DNA from: Octopus bimaculoides
Lineage: Eukaryota
Assembly: GCF_001194135.2 (NCBI RefSeq)
Contig: NC_068982.1
Location: 137,264,627 to 137,328,626, forward strand
Length of the DNA: 64,000 bases
Direction of reading: 5' to 3'
Shown: positions 37,360-51,369 of the stretch, piece after piece
How the letters are laid out: each line of letters opens with the position of its first letter
Numbering within the stretch: position 1 is the stretch's first letter
Made by a program: the position numbers and the translations under genes
Notes under the pieces: generated by a model
Told to the model about the DNA's origin: nothing
What the model saw: only the letters and a program-made list of their open reading frames with translations
Databases searched by the model: none

Positions 37360-38189
37360 GTAAGATTACATTGGATCTGAAACAATGGTTCAAAGAGAAG
37401 AAAACTGCATATTTTTTTTTATAATTTGTTAGATTTTTTTTTTTTTTAATGTTAACTTTGAATATAAATTGAGTCAATTTACTTTGTTGACCTTTCTTTA
37501 TATAAATATTTATCTGGATAACAGAAAATTATGTGCATTTTGAAATTTCTATAAAATATATGCTTGTATGTTGCAGTTGCTATTTTCATCATTACTTACT
37601 TCAAGTGTTGCACTGTAATGATAAATATAACCTAATACATTCCACACAGACACACACACACACATATATTGCCAGACTGTAAACAACATTTATTTTGAAA
37701 ATCCATACTTGTTTGTGTAATAGTGTATCTGGAAATGAATGTTACTTATCAAGTATATAATGCTTTATACATGACAACTTCTACATTAACAGAAATATGA
37801 AAATTTAAATAGAATTTGTAGCTTCTAATTTCTTTTGTTTTGTTTATTGTTAAATAAGATATTTTAGAATCTAAAATGTTCTTAACGGATATACTTAATA
37901 TTTTGACAAAGCATTCTTATTAAAATTTACTTGAAAATGGAATCTGTTGCTGGTACCACTCAGAAAAAGTACTGGTGCTGGTGCCACAGAAAACGCACCC
38001 ATTCTGGTGCGACAAAAAAAAAAAAAAAGCACTGGTGCTTGAGCCATGTAAAAAGCACCAGTACTTTCTGTAGAGTGGTTGGCATTAGAAAGAGCATTCA
38101 GCTGTAGAAACCAAACCCAAAGCAGACAAGGGAACAGCTCCTGTCAAACCACCCAACCCATATCATCATGGAAGACGAATCTTGCCATC

Positions 38190-38192
38190 TCT

Positions 38193-38244
<52 letters not shown>

Positions 38245-38570
38245 ACATTCACATTCTGATTCTTGTGTGATAATTGCATCAGCTGTGTCTTGTAACCAAT
38301 ACTCTCCATCATCACCTTTTTCTGCTGCTATTTATCACCCTCCGTTCCTCAAATCGCTTATTGACATCCAATGTTCTTACTACATCCATCTCTGAGACTA
38401 TCCATCACCTGCTCGTCTGTCTCTATCTCTTTCCCTCTTTCCCTCTTTCCCTCTCTCTCTCTCTCACTCACTCACTCTCACTCACTCACTCACTCACTCA
38501 CTCACTCACTCACTCTCTCTATCTCTCTCTCCCTCCCTCCTTCTTTCTATCTCTCTCACACACAAACATC
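38190..38570. repeat. Compound (CT)n / (TCAC)n microsatellite region
   Basis: Direct reading. Confidence 0.85.
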
Positions 38571-39269
38571 CACCAGTAAATTTGAAGCTACCATCACTGC
38601 CTTTCTTCCATTACTTCTTGTACTGTTTTTTTTTTCTCTCTCCTCCACCATTCTTCTATCCTGATTGCTCAGTTTGTTCATCACTTCTCTCACCTTCTCA
38701 CTCTCGTCCAACTCTATCTTCCCTCTGTCGGCTACATTGCCTTGAATGAGTAGAGACAACATGGAGTAATGAAGACTCTATCTTCTGTGCGATACAAAGT
38801 CACCTCAGTAGAACTGGTGCTGCCATAAACTACACCAAGTGCACTCTGGAAACTGATTCCAAATTAGCAGCAGCAGCAAAATAGGACTGAGAGGATCCTT
38901 TACTTTACCCAAAGACATGACAATTTCTGTAATATTGAGGGCATGATAAAATGCACCTAATACACTGTGTCACGAAGAACATCCAGCTGTAGAAACCATA
39001 GTAAAAGCAGAGTGTATGAGCAGGACACAGTCTTCCAAGTCATGTATAATGGCAGTAATTTTTAAAGAATTGACTTCATCTCTGACAATCTGTCCAACTT
39101 ATAACAAATCCCTGCATGGAAGACGGATGTAAAAGGATGATAAAGATGATGAGAATGTCTTCAATTTCTTTCCATAAGTAATATTGTTTATTTCTCGACA
39201 TAACAATTAAGAATAATAAATAATAACTCTCAAGATAGAAATAACAAATGTACAACAAAAGAAATATTC

Positions 39270-39730
39270 GTGATGGCACCTGTACCAGCGGAGCGCTAAG
39301 AGCACCATTCAAGCATGATCATTGCCAGAGCAGCTGTCTGGCTTCTGTGTCAGTGACACATAAATAGCACCATTTGAGTGTGATCGTTACCAGCGTCCCC
39401 TTACTGGCACTTGTGCTGGTGGAACGTGAAAAAACATTTGAGCAAGGTTGTTGCCAGTGCCGCTGGACTGGTTCCTGTGCAGGTGGCACATAAAGTACAC
39501 CATTTTGAGCATGGCCATTGCCAGTACCGCCTGACCAGCCTTTGTGCCAGTGGCACATAAAAGCACCCACTACACTCTCGGAGTGGTTGGCGTTAGGAAG
39601 GGCATCCAGCTGTAGAAACTCTGCCAAATCAGATTGGAGCCTGGTGTAGCCATCTGGTTCACCAGTCCTCAGTCAAATCGTCCAACCCATGCTAGCATGG
39701 AAAGCAGACGTTAAACGTTGATGATGATGA
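39270..39730 (+). mobile_element. RTE-type 3'-end retroposon, complete with (GAT)n tail
   Basis: High similarity to 32077-32500 and 59720-60186. Confidence 0.9.
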
Positions 39731-41763
39731 AAGATGTCATCTCTAAGACTGCACCTTCAGTGCTACCTAGGTGGACTTTACCCCATTTTAGAAATCGAAA
39801 GCAGCAAATTAGAAAATTTTTTTTTAAAGAATTTGTTTCATAGTTTTCTTTGAACTTCCAACAAAATAACTGTGGAATTTCCACTAGTTCTGCAAGTGTT
39901 GATTATTCTTGTATAGCAGCATTAATTTATTGATCTTTATGACACTGATCACCTTTATAAACTAAAGGTGTTTGATCCAAAAGTATCTCATGCCACTAGT
40001 AACATTATAAGTTTCTTTCTATGGCATATTGATAATACAAGACAATAATTTTATTGCCACTAATAATACTGAAACAGTCATCCTTGGCAAGATTTGATCT
40101 GAAAGGGACTTAACTAAATTCTGAGAACATTTATTTCAGCACTCTATCTCGGGTCATACCACTACTTTACTCTTTCTATGAAATAACAGCAAGCAAGAAA
40201 ACAAGGGTGCCTATGACTTTGGATTCAACATTTTAAGCTGCATGATTAAGCTGTTTGATTTATGAAGCTTAGTAAGACCAAAACCTGCCTAAAGATGTCA
40301 CTGCACTGCTAAAGATCAGACTACTCTTCATTACATTTCATATTCAATTAACTCTTAGTGGAGTCTCTCCTGACATTTTTCATCAATTATTATCGTCAAT
40401 TAAAAATCATTGTTCTCAACCCTAAGGGTATTATTTTAATTAGTTAAAATATACCAGTTTATCATATCAAGTATACTAGTGTTCACTTTATCATTTCAAA
40501 TTAGTATTCAACTGCTTTAAACAGTAAGATTCTTTATAGATAAATAGATCAATAGAATGATTTCTCAAAATAAGTGATATTTCACTATATCTTGTAGGTA
40601 TTTTATAATGGTTAGAAGAATGCCTTGTTTTCTGACATTTTGATTAATATCATGCAATCATATACAGATCATTTAAATGCAGTAACTTTTGTACCTTCTT
40701 TAATTCAATATATACAGTATATGTACTTGAAACAGTAGAGATCAAAATAGCAATTGTTCATCATTTGTAATGTTTTTGTACTCACAAACATGGAGTGGCA
40801 TTCATTGTGGGATTTCGTCTTGGAGAATTTCTCCTTAAAGAACTTCTCCTTAAATATGCTCTGCTAAAAACACTTGATTCAAATATCATCTACAGACATC
40901 AATATTTCAGTATGATTTCCTAGCTAGCTCCAGATGTCCAGGGTATTATCTGTGACTGAAGAGGGGAAATTACATACAAAACACTTGTGTCAGACAGTCT
41001 GCTGACATCACTCAGAGTTTGTTGCATTTTTTTTAATACTAGTCTCTAACACTCTTTTCCAAGACTAAATCACATGTGCCATTTTACATTTGTGTGTACA
41101 TAAACGTATAATATAATCATTGATATTATTTAATATCCATACTAAGGTCTGCTTGGAATTAATTATGCAATTCTGGTTCAATGCTCCTGAATATGTTATG
41201 CAATAACCTGCTTACTGTGATTTAAGTGATGGGTTAAAAAGCACTGATGATGGTGCCACGTAAAAAAGCACCCATTACCCTCTGTAAATGGTTGGTGTTA
41301 GGAAGAGCATCCAGCTGCAGAAACCAAACCAAAACAGACTATGGAACTTGGTGCAACTCTCCAGCTTGCCAGCTCTTGTCAAACTGTTTAACCCATGCCA
41401 ACATGGAAAAGAGACGTTTGATGATGATGATGATGATGATNNNNNNNNNNNNNNNNNNNNNNNNNNNNNNNNNNNNNNNNNNNNNNNNNNNNNNNNNNNN
41501 NNNNNNNNNNNNNNNNNNNNNNNNNNNNNNNNNNNNNNNNNNNNNNNNNNNNNNNNNNNNNNNNNNNNNNNNNNNNNNNNNNNNNNNNNNNNNNNNNNNN
41601 NNNNNNNNNNNNNNNNNNNNNNNNNNNNNNNNNNNNNNNNNNNNNNNNNNNNNNNNNNNNNNNNNNNNNNNNNNNNNNNNNNNNNNNNNNNNNNNNNNNN
41701 NNNNNNNNNNNNNNNNNNNNNNNNNNNNNNNNNNNNNNNNNNNNNNNNNNNNNNNNNNNNNNN

Positions 41764-41808
<45 letters not shown>

Positions 41809-42354
41809 TGCATACACACACACACATATATATATATATATACACACATACATATATATATATATTTATACACATACATACATATACATATATCCAGTAA
41901 TAAGATGACTATCAGATCAAAAGATAACGTAGATTAATTATCAAAAATATATTCCATTTTTAAAAATGATGTTGATAGCAAAACAAAAAAAATCTTATAA
42001 ACATGTAAAAAAATATATTCTTTCTAAAAATGTCTATTATTGAAAAGATTTCAGATTAATATCTCTGTCATCTCTTACATTATCATATTCCTCATTGTTA
42101 GTTTTTCTGTTTATAAAACTTTAAGATTATCAAAAGCAATACTGCCTTCGATGGTACTTTTAATAACCATGCTTGTGTGAGCCATCTTCAGTTTCATAAT
42201 TCATATTATTCATTCATATTCTAGAATATCAAAAATGTACAACTATATAATCAAAAAAAATATATATAAAATGGGTATATATAAATGTTTATGAATGAAA
42301 ATATCCTTTCATGCTAATTTGAATTTTCCCTTCTTTTTATGCTCTTCTTATCAG

Positions 42355-42372
42355 GATGATGCTGTTGCTAAA
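42355..42372 (+). CDS. SH3GLB1: 18-nt microexon DDAVAK of endophilin B
   Basis: Branch-like gctaat, long pyrimidine tract, TGC at -15, tcAG-GATGATGCTGTTGCTAAA-GTAAGT, phase 0 to 0. DxVxK directly before AEADLR resembles recalled vertebrate (LW)NDEVDK|AEQELR and (W)AEEVTK|SEQELR. Confidence 0.75.
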
Positions 42373-43529
42373 GTAAGTTTTAAACAATCTGACAGACCAT
42401 ATGTAAATGGTGATGGTTTTCAATTGGTGTTTGATATTCTATAGTCGTTGATGCTACCGTTGTTTATGTTGTTTAAAAGTTGTATTTTTTCTCATATTAT
42501 TATTTTTTTTCATTATAGTAATTTACATTTGGCTTTATCATAACTGTTTAAATTCTTAAGTTATGGGCTATTTCATGAAAATGCATGGCCAATTTTCAAT
42601 TACTATTCAGTTTCTTTCTGTTTCTTTCTTCTTTCGTTGATTTCTAGATTTCAAATATAAAATACTTTTGAAAATGATTACCATTTTTGCTATAAAAAGC
42701 ACAAAATCAAAAAAAAAAAAAAAAAAAAAAAATCAAATGATTTCATTAAATAAACTAATTAACATATTTTTGTAATTATTTATTAGGTTTGAAATGAAAT
42801 TGACCCTGTAAATAGCTTTCAACAACTGTAGACATTTAATTATAAATCTCCTTCATTTATCAAGTTTAGTTTTGTAGTTAAAATTTTCATTTACAAAATC
42901 TCTTAACCCTGAAATTTTGTACTTGGAGCCTAACTACTTAAATTTCTCATCACATTAATCTCTAATAAAATTCCCTTCATAGCATTTCGTGCATTCTAAG
43001 CTCAGACCTTCCTTAGGTTGGCTAGAAATAACAATAAAATACTGGGATCATTATAATTTAACCATTCCTTCCTCCCCAAATTTCTTGCTTTGTACTTAAG
43101 TTAGAAACAAATATTTTCTTTTTTTTCCTTAATTAAAAAACCCGGAATTAAAAGAATGTCTAAACTAAAATTTTATGTTCAAGCCCAAACTAAGTAGCTT
43201 GTGATAATCCTCCATAATTTTATATCAACTAATCAAATTAGCGTATATATGACAAAACTCATGTGCCAGCAAATTTTATTCTAGTACAAATGAAATCACA
43301 CAAGCTTTGCATTCATTATCTTTTGGTATTCACTATTATTGTCTGCATGTTCTTTTAAGTTAGGAATTTTTTGTTTTGTTTTGTTTTGTTTTTCTGCTGC
43401 AGTCATTTTCATTTAAGTTGGGGATACAGTGCTTGCTTCTCATTTTTATATTTGGTTTTGAGTCTCAGTAAAATCATTGGTGGTTGGATTTTTCTTCTTT
43501 CTATATTTCCCAATCACTATATAATCCTC

Positions 43530-43923
43530 ATGGAGGCGCAATGGCCCAGTGGTTAGGGCAGCGGACTCGCGGTCGTAGGATTGCAGTTTCAATTCCCAGA
43601 CCGGGCATTGTGAGTGTTTATTGAACGAAAATACCTAAAGCTCCATGAGGCTCCGGCAGGGGATGATGGCGAACCCAGCTGTACTCTTTCACCGCAACTT
43701 TCTCTCACTCTTTCTTCCTGTTTCTGTTGTACCTGTATTTCAAAGGGCCAGCCTTGTCACACTCTGTGTCACACTGAATCTTCCCCCGAGAACTGCATAA
43801 AGGGGTACAAGTGTCTGTGGAGTGTTCAGCCACTTACATGTTAATTTCACGAGCAAGCTGTTCCGTTGATCGGATCAACTGGAACCCTCGTCGTTGTAAC
43901 CAACGGAGTGCCAACAACAACAC
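43530..43923 (+). mobile_element. tRNA-derived SINE, family C (tRNA-Arg-like head)
   Basis: Head ggaggcgcaatggcccagtggttagggcagcggactcgcgg..., (CAA)n tail, perfect 11-bp TSD atataatcctc at 43519-43529 and 43924-43934. Confidence 0.9.
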
Positions 43924-44006
43924 ATATAATCCTCTTTTGTCTAAGCTTAAACGAAAACAATGATTGACAAAGCTATGCTCATGAGTTTTAGTTTGTCAGC
44001 CAATGG

Positions 44007-44164
44007 TACAGGTATGGCTGTGTGGTTTAGAAATTCAGTTCATAACTATGTGGTTCCAGTTTTGATTCCACTGCATTGCACTGGGTGTGAGTATCTTCTA
44101 CTATACTCCCAGGTCAACCAAATCCTTGTGAATGATTTTTAGTTGACTGAAACTGTACGGAAGC

Positions 44165-44204
<40 letters not shown>

Positions 44205-44300
44205 TGTGAGTGTGTCTTGTATGTTCTTTCATTAACACTGTTGAGGCAGTGGTGACATTTGTTTGTCTTATAGCTTGATGGTTTGCTATACAAAGACCAA
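44007..44300 (+). mobile_element. Family A-related SINE, diverged, sense orientation
   Basis: ggtatggctgtgtggtttag...gagtatcttctactata...aaatccttgtgaatg...gaagccc, then (AT)n. Confidence 0.65.
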
Positions 44301-44527
44301 TAGATTAATGAACCTCTCTTGGAAACTGCCCCTTCCTTGACAATACATAAGGGTCAGTATCAGTAAAGCCATCCAGCCATAGATTATTGCCAAAGACATA
44401 AAGCAGCAATGGTGATGATACTTGGCACCAAGGTCTATAGCATGTAAGGTACTTTGATAACTTGATAAAACAAAAGCTTAATCCTTTAGCACCCATATTA
44501 TTGAGGGTTGAGAGTTTTAGATTTACC

Positions 44528-44850
44528 TTTTACTTGTTTCAGTCATTAGACCTTGGCCATGCTGGGGCATCACCTTGAAGAGTTTTTAGTCAAATGAATC
44601 AACCCCAGTACTTATTATTTTAATCCAAGTATTTATTCCATCAGTCTCATTTGCCAAACTGCTTTGTTATAGGGACATAAACAAAGTGACACCAGTTGTC
44701 AAGCAGTGCTGGGGGACAAACACAGACACAAAGATACACACACATGCACATATATGTAGATGTACTTATATACAGTGGGCTTCTTTCAGTTTCCATCTAC
44801 CAAATCCACTCACAAGGCTTTGGTTGGCTCAAAGCTATAGTAGAAGACAC
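44528..44850 (-). mobile_element. Family A SINE lacking its tRNA head
   Basis: 3' and middle parts present; breaks off after tagtagaagacact. Confidence 0.85.
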
Positions 44851-45964
44851 TATAAGGAATATAATTAGGATTGGTCAGCTTGAATGAATCACTTCCTTCA
44901 GAAAACAAGACTTAAGTTATCTTCAATGCTAGAAAATTAAAAAATATTCAACTATAAACTTTTAATAAGCGATAAAACTTAGTTAAAATAGTAGTTTAAA
45001 ATAATTAGCTAAAACAAATTGTATAAGTATTACAAAGATTTCTTGAAAAGAGTAACATTATCTTGTTTCTAAAATCAAGAATTTGAAAGTGTTTTTGAGA
45101 TATATTTGAGTTTTGAATTATTTTTATTTATTAACTGGTGTGGGCGTTTTTTTTATTTTGCTCAATATTTTGAAGCTTTGTCTGTGGGAATGTATGGTTT
45201 TTTTTTGTTTTTTTTGCGTCTTTGCACCTTTTGTATCTGCACTGAAATACTGGTTTGCTGGTCAAGTTTCCAATTTTTTTTTTTTTTGATGTGTTTAATT
45301 CGGTTGAATTTTTAAAAAAAATTCAGATGACTATATAATAGTCTAATTGTAAATGCTTTGATTTCTTAAAACGACCTGTTAAATTATATAATTATTATGT
45401 CAAAGTGAACTCATGTTCTTAGCTTAAAATTATGTTTATAATTTTAACTAACATAAATATGAAATCAAAAGTATTTAAAGAATCAATATTGGAAAATATT
45501 TTATATTTTCAAACATAATTAGAATTACAATACTACAATAGAATTTGTTTGCAATAAAGAATGTAATAGAAATACATACATGTGTGTTTTTAAGACTAGA
45601 GTATATTGCAGATGGTTATTTCATAAAAAGTATATAAAAATTAATCTCATGTATAACAGCTAATAAATGCTCTGTTAGATCAAAAATCAATCTACAAAAT
45701 ACATAAAGAACATTGACAGTTCTTATGGATGAATTTCAAAATGTGGTGGCAGAAAATATTGTATTTTTATATTGTGTTACTTGAATTCTGTGATTATATT
45801 GCTGTGCTAATTTTTTTCATTTTTATGAAATAGCTGATATTTAAAAATGTTTTTGTGCATGGATTCAGTTTTTGTTTTATTTTTATTTTTCACAACGAAT
45901 GTGTTTGTTTCATTACTAATAGTGACCTTTTTTGTTTTTTGTTTTTTTTGTATAATTTTTGCAG

Positions 45965-46054
45965 GCAGAAGCTGATTTGAGAGTAGCTCAATCTGAATTT
46001 GATCGCCAAGTTGAAATTACCAAGCTGTTACTAGAGGGAATTAGCAGTACACAT
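45965..46054 (+). CDS. SH3GLB1: Endophilin B coding exon AEADLRVAQSEFDRQVEITKLLLEGISSTH, phase 0 to 0
   Basis: Poly-T acceptor tttttgcAG, donor GTATGT at 46055, 90 nt. Near-identical to the recalled endophilin B1 SEQELRITQSEFDRQAEITRLLLEGISSTH. Confidence 0.97.
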
Positions 46055-47851
46055 GTATGTATCTCCTGTTCTCCTGTACTTGTTACTTTTCATATAGAGC
46101 AGAATTTTGAGATTTTTCTTCTCATCATTATATCATTATCTCCCTACCTTTTCTATTTATTTAGAATTATTATTAACCACATATAGAGAGGTGTGCAGTT
46201 GGGAGCAGGGTCTTTTGTTTCCATAGTAGTCATTTCTGATCATTAGTAAATTTTTTATAGATAATATTAAACACATGTATATATGTTTTTAGTTTAGATC
46301 GCTTACACACATGCATGTTTCTTAATTCTATAGAAGCCAACACATTGCATTGTTTTCTCTATTTTGTATGAAATCTGAAAGTTATTCACATAAGCTGTGA
46401 ATAACTCAAAATAATGAATGTTTTGAAACGTATGCTATTTATAGTGTTCGATAATCATTTTAGCTCTGAGCAGTAGTTGAGGTTTTCTCATAATTTACCC
46501 TCACCACCACACACCGACAAAAAACTATTTCCTTTTTCTTCCCGTGAATCATTAAAAAATCTCTATATTTTTAATGAGAAATTTCAATAAAAATATTTTA
46601 AAATATTCTACTAAAGGAAGTTTACTACTTTGAAGAATATATAAAGCATTTGAACTGTTTTTGATATTATTTCTAAATTGCTTACGGTTCTAAAGATCAC
46701 ATACTTTGTTTAAATCTTAAAGAGGAAATTATTATTTTGAAATGGATATTATTTACATATCAAAATAAATTTGAAGAAAAATCAAAGCTGAATGTTAGGA
46801 TTATTTTTGTGACATTGGCAAACGCTTAAAGCATTATTTCTAAATATTATGATGTATGAAAATGTGTTATTAAAATATGTTGATACTTAAATACATATCA
46901 CTTTGTTAAATAAAGTCTGGTTGTGTGAATTTAATATCTAATTGGAAAGCATTTTCAAATTCCTTTTGTGATTTGAAATTATATTAAACAGTTTATAATT
47001 GGCATTTTAAATGGATAATATCATCTTGTCTGTATAATGTGGTTTCCAGTTATTTTAAATATCCAATTAAGAGATTCATTGCTTTATTTTTCTTCGAGAA
47101 ACAAAGTCTGAAAAAGTTGTTTCTTTAACATAGTTTTTTAAAAAGTTGTTTATTTATCTCAAGACATCACATGATTAATTTAGAAAAGTTAATTTAATTT
47201 ACTTGATTTAAATGCATTTACTTTAGAGAGTTACCTCATTCAGTATTTCTTCCAAACTCTGCAAGTTTGTAATCTCAAAAAGAAGTTTTTGGTAATTGTT
47301 ATTTTAGTAATACACACACCTGTTATAGTGCGTTATGTTGCATGACCAACCTGGTTGAATAGATGTTATTTTGCTTCAGAAATACAGTTTCACAAGTTCA
47401 ATTGAGGCTGTTAAGACAAATATTCTTTGACTACTCTGGGTTTTTTTGTTTTTTTTTTTGTTTTTTATAGATCTTATCATATTTTGTCTCTGAATTAACA
47501 CTCACAGATAATATCAGTTTGTGTTGAATTCATTTTTCTCTGTGTATACATTTATTCATTTTTCCCTCAGACTTGCACAATTCACATTTCGCTGTATCTG
47601 TGGATTGCAATTTTTGTCACATTTTTAGTAGCTGCCAATATTAATTTTAAGATACTCTTACCTAGCAGCTCTTCACTCCATACTTGTCAAGCTCAGTGTT
47701 AACTAAAATTGATATGCAGAGGTTTCTTCACAAGTCTTTTCTATGCTTCAAACAAATTGTACAAGACATAATTATCAAATAAGTAATAATAAGCAGTACT
47801 TTCTTTTCAAGTGCAGTAGCATTTAACTTACAATTTTATTTTATGATTTAA

Positions 47852-47895
<44 letters not shown>

Positions 47896-50011
47896 CAATG
47901 CTATTTTCAGTCAGGTGTTGCTCAATTTAATTTTCTTTTTCTTTCAAGTTTCTTGTATTAAATTATCTTGCTTTACAAAATGGATTTCTAAGTTATCGCT
48001 CAACTCGATGAAAACCTTATTAGCTACGGTATGTTAGTTTTAGTTTGTATTTTCATCTCATTTATTAGAATGCAGCTGGTCCCAAGATTTTTCAGTTTCT
48101 TTTTAATCAAATGTATCAGTATTTAATTTGAAGTAAATATTGATGCAAGTCTAAAGGTATCCCAAGTTTTAAACTCACCAAACACAACACACTGTAAGCT
48201 TTATGGTTGCTGAACTCAACCACTGCCATAGTGCAGAAGCCTTAAAACATTGATTAAAATATATTTATACTTTGAATATGTTTACATCTCCCCAGCTAAT
48301 TTCTATAGTCCATATGCTGTATACTGCTTCCTCTTTTTGTGTGTGTGTGTGTGTTTTTTTTTTCTCCATGAAAATTGTTGATGTGATGTTTTAACATTTC
48401 TCAATTCTGTCATTGCCAGAAATAATTTTACGGGTAGCGGGTAAAGAGATTCCAGATTCACTTGAAGTAGAATGGGTCTCATCAGTTTTAGAGTTGGGTG
48501 GCCCATTTAGGATGGTTAATATCATTCAGAACGCCTGCAGTGATAATTTTTATACACCTTTTCAGAACCATCCAATATGAAGAAATTAAATAGTTGTAAG
48601 TCAAATAGGAAAAGAAAATATATTCCTTTAGATATAATTGAAATTAGTTTCATTCTCTGCACCTTATCACTTGTTTATGTTCATATGGAGGTATTCAGAC
48701 ATATACATTTACACAAACATTTTTCACTACCATTCCTTAACAGCTGTCACTTCTTTTCTTTCAATTGTCATATTTTTTTTTTTTTGAAGACCTTATGTGC
48801 ATTTGTGCAAGCTCACACTCATATGTGTAAGAGTGTGTATGTGGATGTGTCTGTCTGTTTTAAATACTCCATCTTTACACACCACTGTCTGTACATCAAT
48901 CAACTCCCTTTGGCTAAAATCTCACAAAAATGAAAGTACCCCTCGCATATTCAGAAGTCACTTTCAATGAAATATATTTAAAACATATTGTCTGTAGTGT
49001 GTAAATAAATAATCATTGCTGTTAATTTATGATAATTTAGGAATCTGGAAGTAAAGTTCAGGTATGTATTGCCTTAGTTGGAGAAACCCCACTGTTCAGT
49101 TTAGGTAGATCAAAAGATTACAGATCTACTCTGTGTCTGCTTTGTCATGCTTTAGTGACACTTTTATTGCCTGTTTGCCATAAAGTAACTTTTTTTTTTT
49201 CATTTATATTTATTTTATCAGTTTCTTCGCCCCATCTATGTCTTAGAAGTTAAAAAAAAAAACATTGTGTTCCTTGTTCACTTGCCTTTTGTTGTTTGCT
49301 GTCTGTTGGTGCTGCCAACTTTAATTAGTATAGTGCAATTTACATTTAATATAATTCAGTTGTCACTTATTTTTTTTTAATTCTTGAGTAAATAAGCAAC
49401 TCTTTAGGAAGTAACTTCTTATTTTGTTCTATAACATGTTTTTCTTATTTACCCTGGCACAAACTGAATGCAATGGGCCTACATCTTATGGTTTAGTTTA
49501 CCATTGTAGATACCTGTGTTTTTTTGTTTTGGGGAGTTTTTTTCCGATATCTTTCTTATGTGTGTGTGTGTGTATTTAAATATGTATGTATATATATATA
49601 TAATCAATCAATTCACTTTGATTCTTAATTTTTATGCACTGATCACTTGAGTTAGTTAGCTGTCATTAACATTTTCTCTCACCACAATAAACACAGAATT
49701 CTTGTTATGATTCAGTTTTCTTTTTTCATGTTTAAAATGAATATTTATTTTCTTGATCTCACTGAATCAGATGTATATTTGTTGTCTAAATAATGTATCC
49801 AGCAATTTGGGTTATTTGCTTTGGGCTTTTTTTTTTTTTTTTCTATCTCCCCTAATACAAAATCTTTTAAAATTCGTTTGTGACTACTCTTAATGCTGTA
49901 CTAATGAATTTCCTTAAAAGTTTTACCATCCAAAGAATTAGTGTTGTTATGAACACAATCAACCTGGTTTCTTTTGCTTCTTTGTACTTTTCTGTATCTT
50001 AGGTATATTTC

Positions 50012-50075
<64 letters not shown>

Positions 50076-51369
50076 GAAAAAGATGCTAAATTAAATAACA
50101 GCTAGAAACTAGTATTAACGTTTTCTGCTATTTTAACTTCTTAGGAATTTTGTTGGATCTCCTTTTTTAATTTGGTCTTTAATGTTCTTTACTGAGTGGT
50201 TAACTTTCATAGATCTATTCCCTTTTTTCTTCTTTTATAATCTACAAATTTTTAATGAAACTCCTGGGCCATGGCACATTTGTGTATACTGCATATGGTC
50301 CATAGGTGTGTTTTGAGGTGAGTCAAATAAAATGCCAGGGTATTTAGAAAGTTTAACTGTTTTGAATGCACTGTACAAATGCATTTGTGCTAGTGCACTG
50401 CACTTGTGCATTTCTATTCCTTTGTGGCAGAGTGCAATATCTGCACTAATTTTTCTTTTTAAAGCCATTTTAATACTTGTTTCTTTATAGAAAACATTTA
50501 AAAAGCTGATGGTGGGCCATAACAGTTTTAGTACTTGGTTCCGTGTTCTGTAGATTGAAGAAATGGTTGAAAATCACTAATATAAAAAATTAAGAAAATA
50601 ATCTAATGATTATTTTCTTGATTGTTTGTCTTTTAATTGGCTGCTTTTAAGCATTTAAGTTGATTACTTTTCAGTCTTTGAATTGAGTTTTAGTGTTATT
50701 GTAATGATTCATATATAAAAATATATATCTTCCAATCACAGAGATTTTTTAGGGTTTTTTCCTAATTTAAAAGGAAGAAGTGATAGAGGATGGTTCTTTC
50801 GTTAGTTATTGTAAAAACTATTTGGTTGTGTTTATAAGTAGAAAAATTCTCTGAATGTTAGGCTATATTTTTATTAACAATATAGATGAGAGATAAACCA
50901 CCAAAGGATTAGCATGGCCCATGTAAGAATGGCTCACAAATTCATGAAACATTTCATTTTTTTTTTTTTTTTGGTCCCAAGTAAGACTTTAAACTGCATC
51001 TGGTAGTGGGGCCTTGGTATGGGACTTCCAGTGTTTTGAGGAGTGTCTTAGCCATTATTGTTCTCAGGTCTACTCTGACCCAGAGTAGTAGCACCTGTTA
51101 GGATTCCAGCTACTGGCATGTGCACTATCCCCTCTTCAAACTCAGGCTACATCTCCTCTGATAGTTGGTGGCGACTTGGTTGGTGAAACCTCTGCAGCAG
51201 TTGACAATTGACAGCAAGATGGGCTGTGACTGAGGACCACATGTGAACTTGTATTCCAACAGAAACTCTGAATACAAACTCTACACCTCAACAATGAATC
51301 ATAATTACAAGTACAGTGTCTGCACTGTCCAATGCAATGCCCTCCCAATAGGGCATTTGTCAAATTTGC

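Noticed and set aside
40505-40523. 19-nt AG...GTAAGA cassette
   Set aside because: Not a multiple of 3 in a phase-0 intron.
43532-43606. tRNA-Arg gene
   Set aside because: It is the head of a SINE with body, tail and TSD; the cloverleaf is degenerate.
48420-48580. ~55-codon open frames on both strands after an acceptor-like AG
   Set aside because: Phase-0 reading gives AAA TAA immediately; no recognisable homology.
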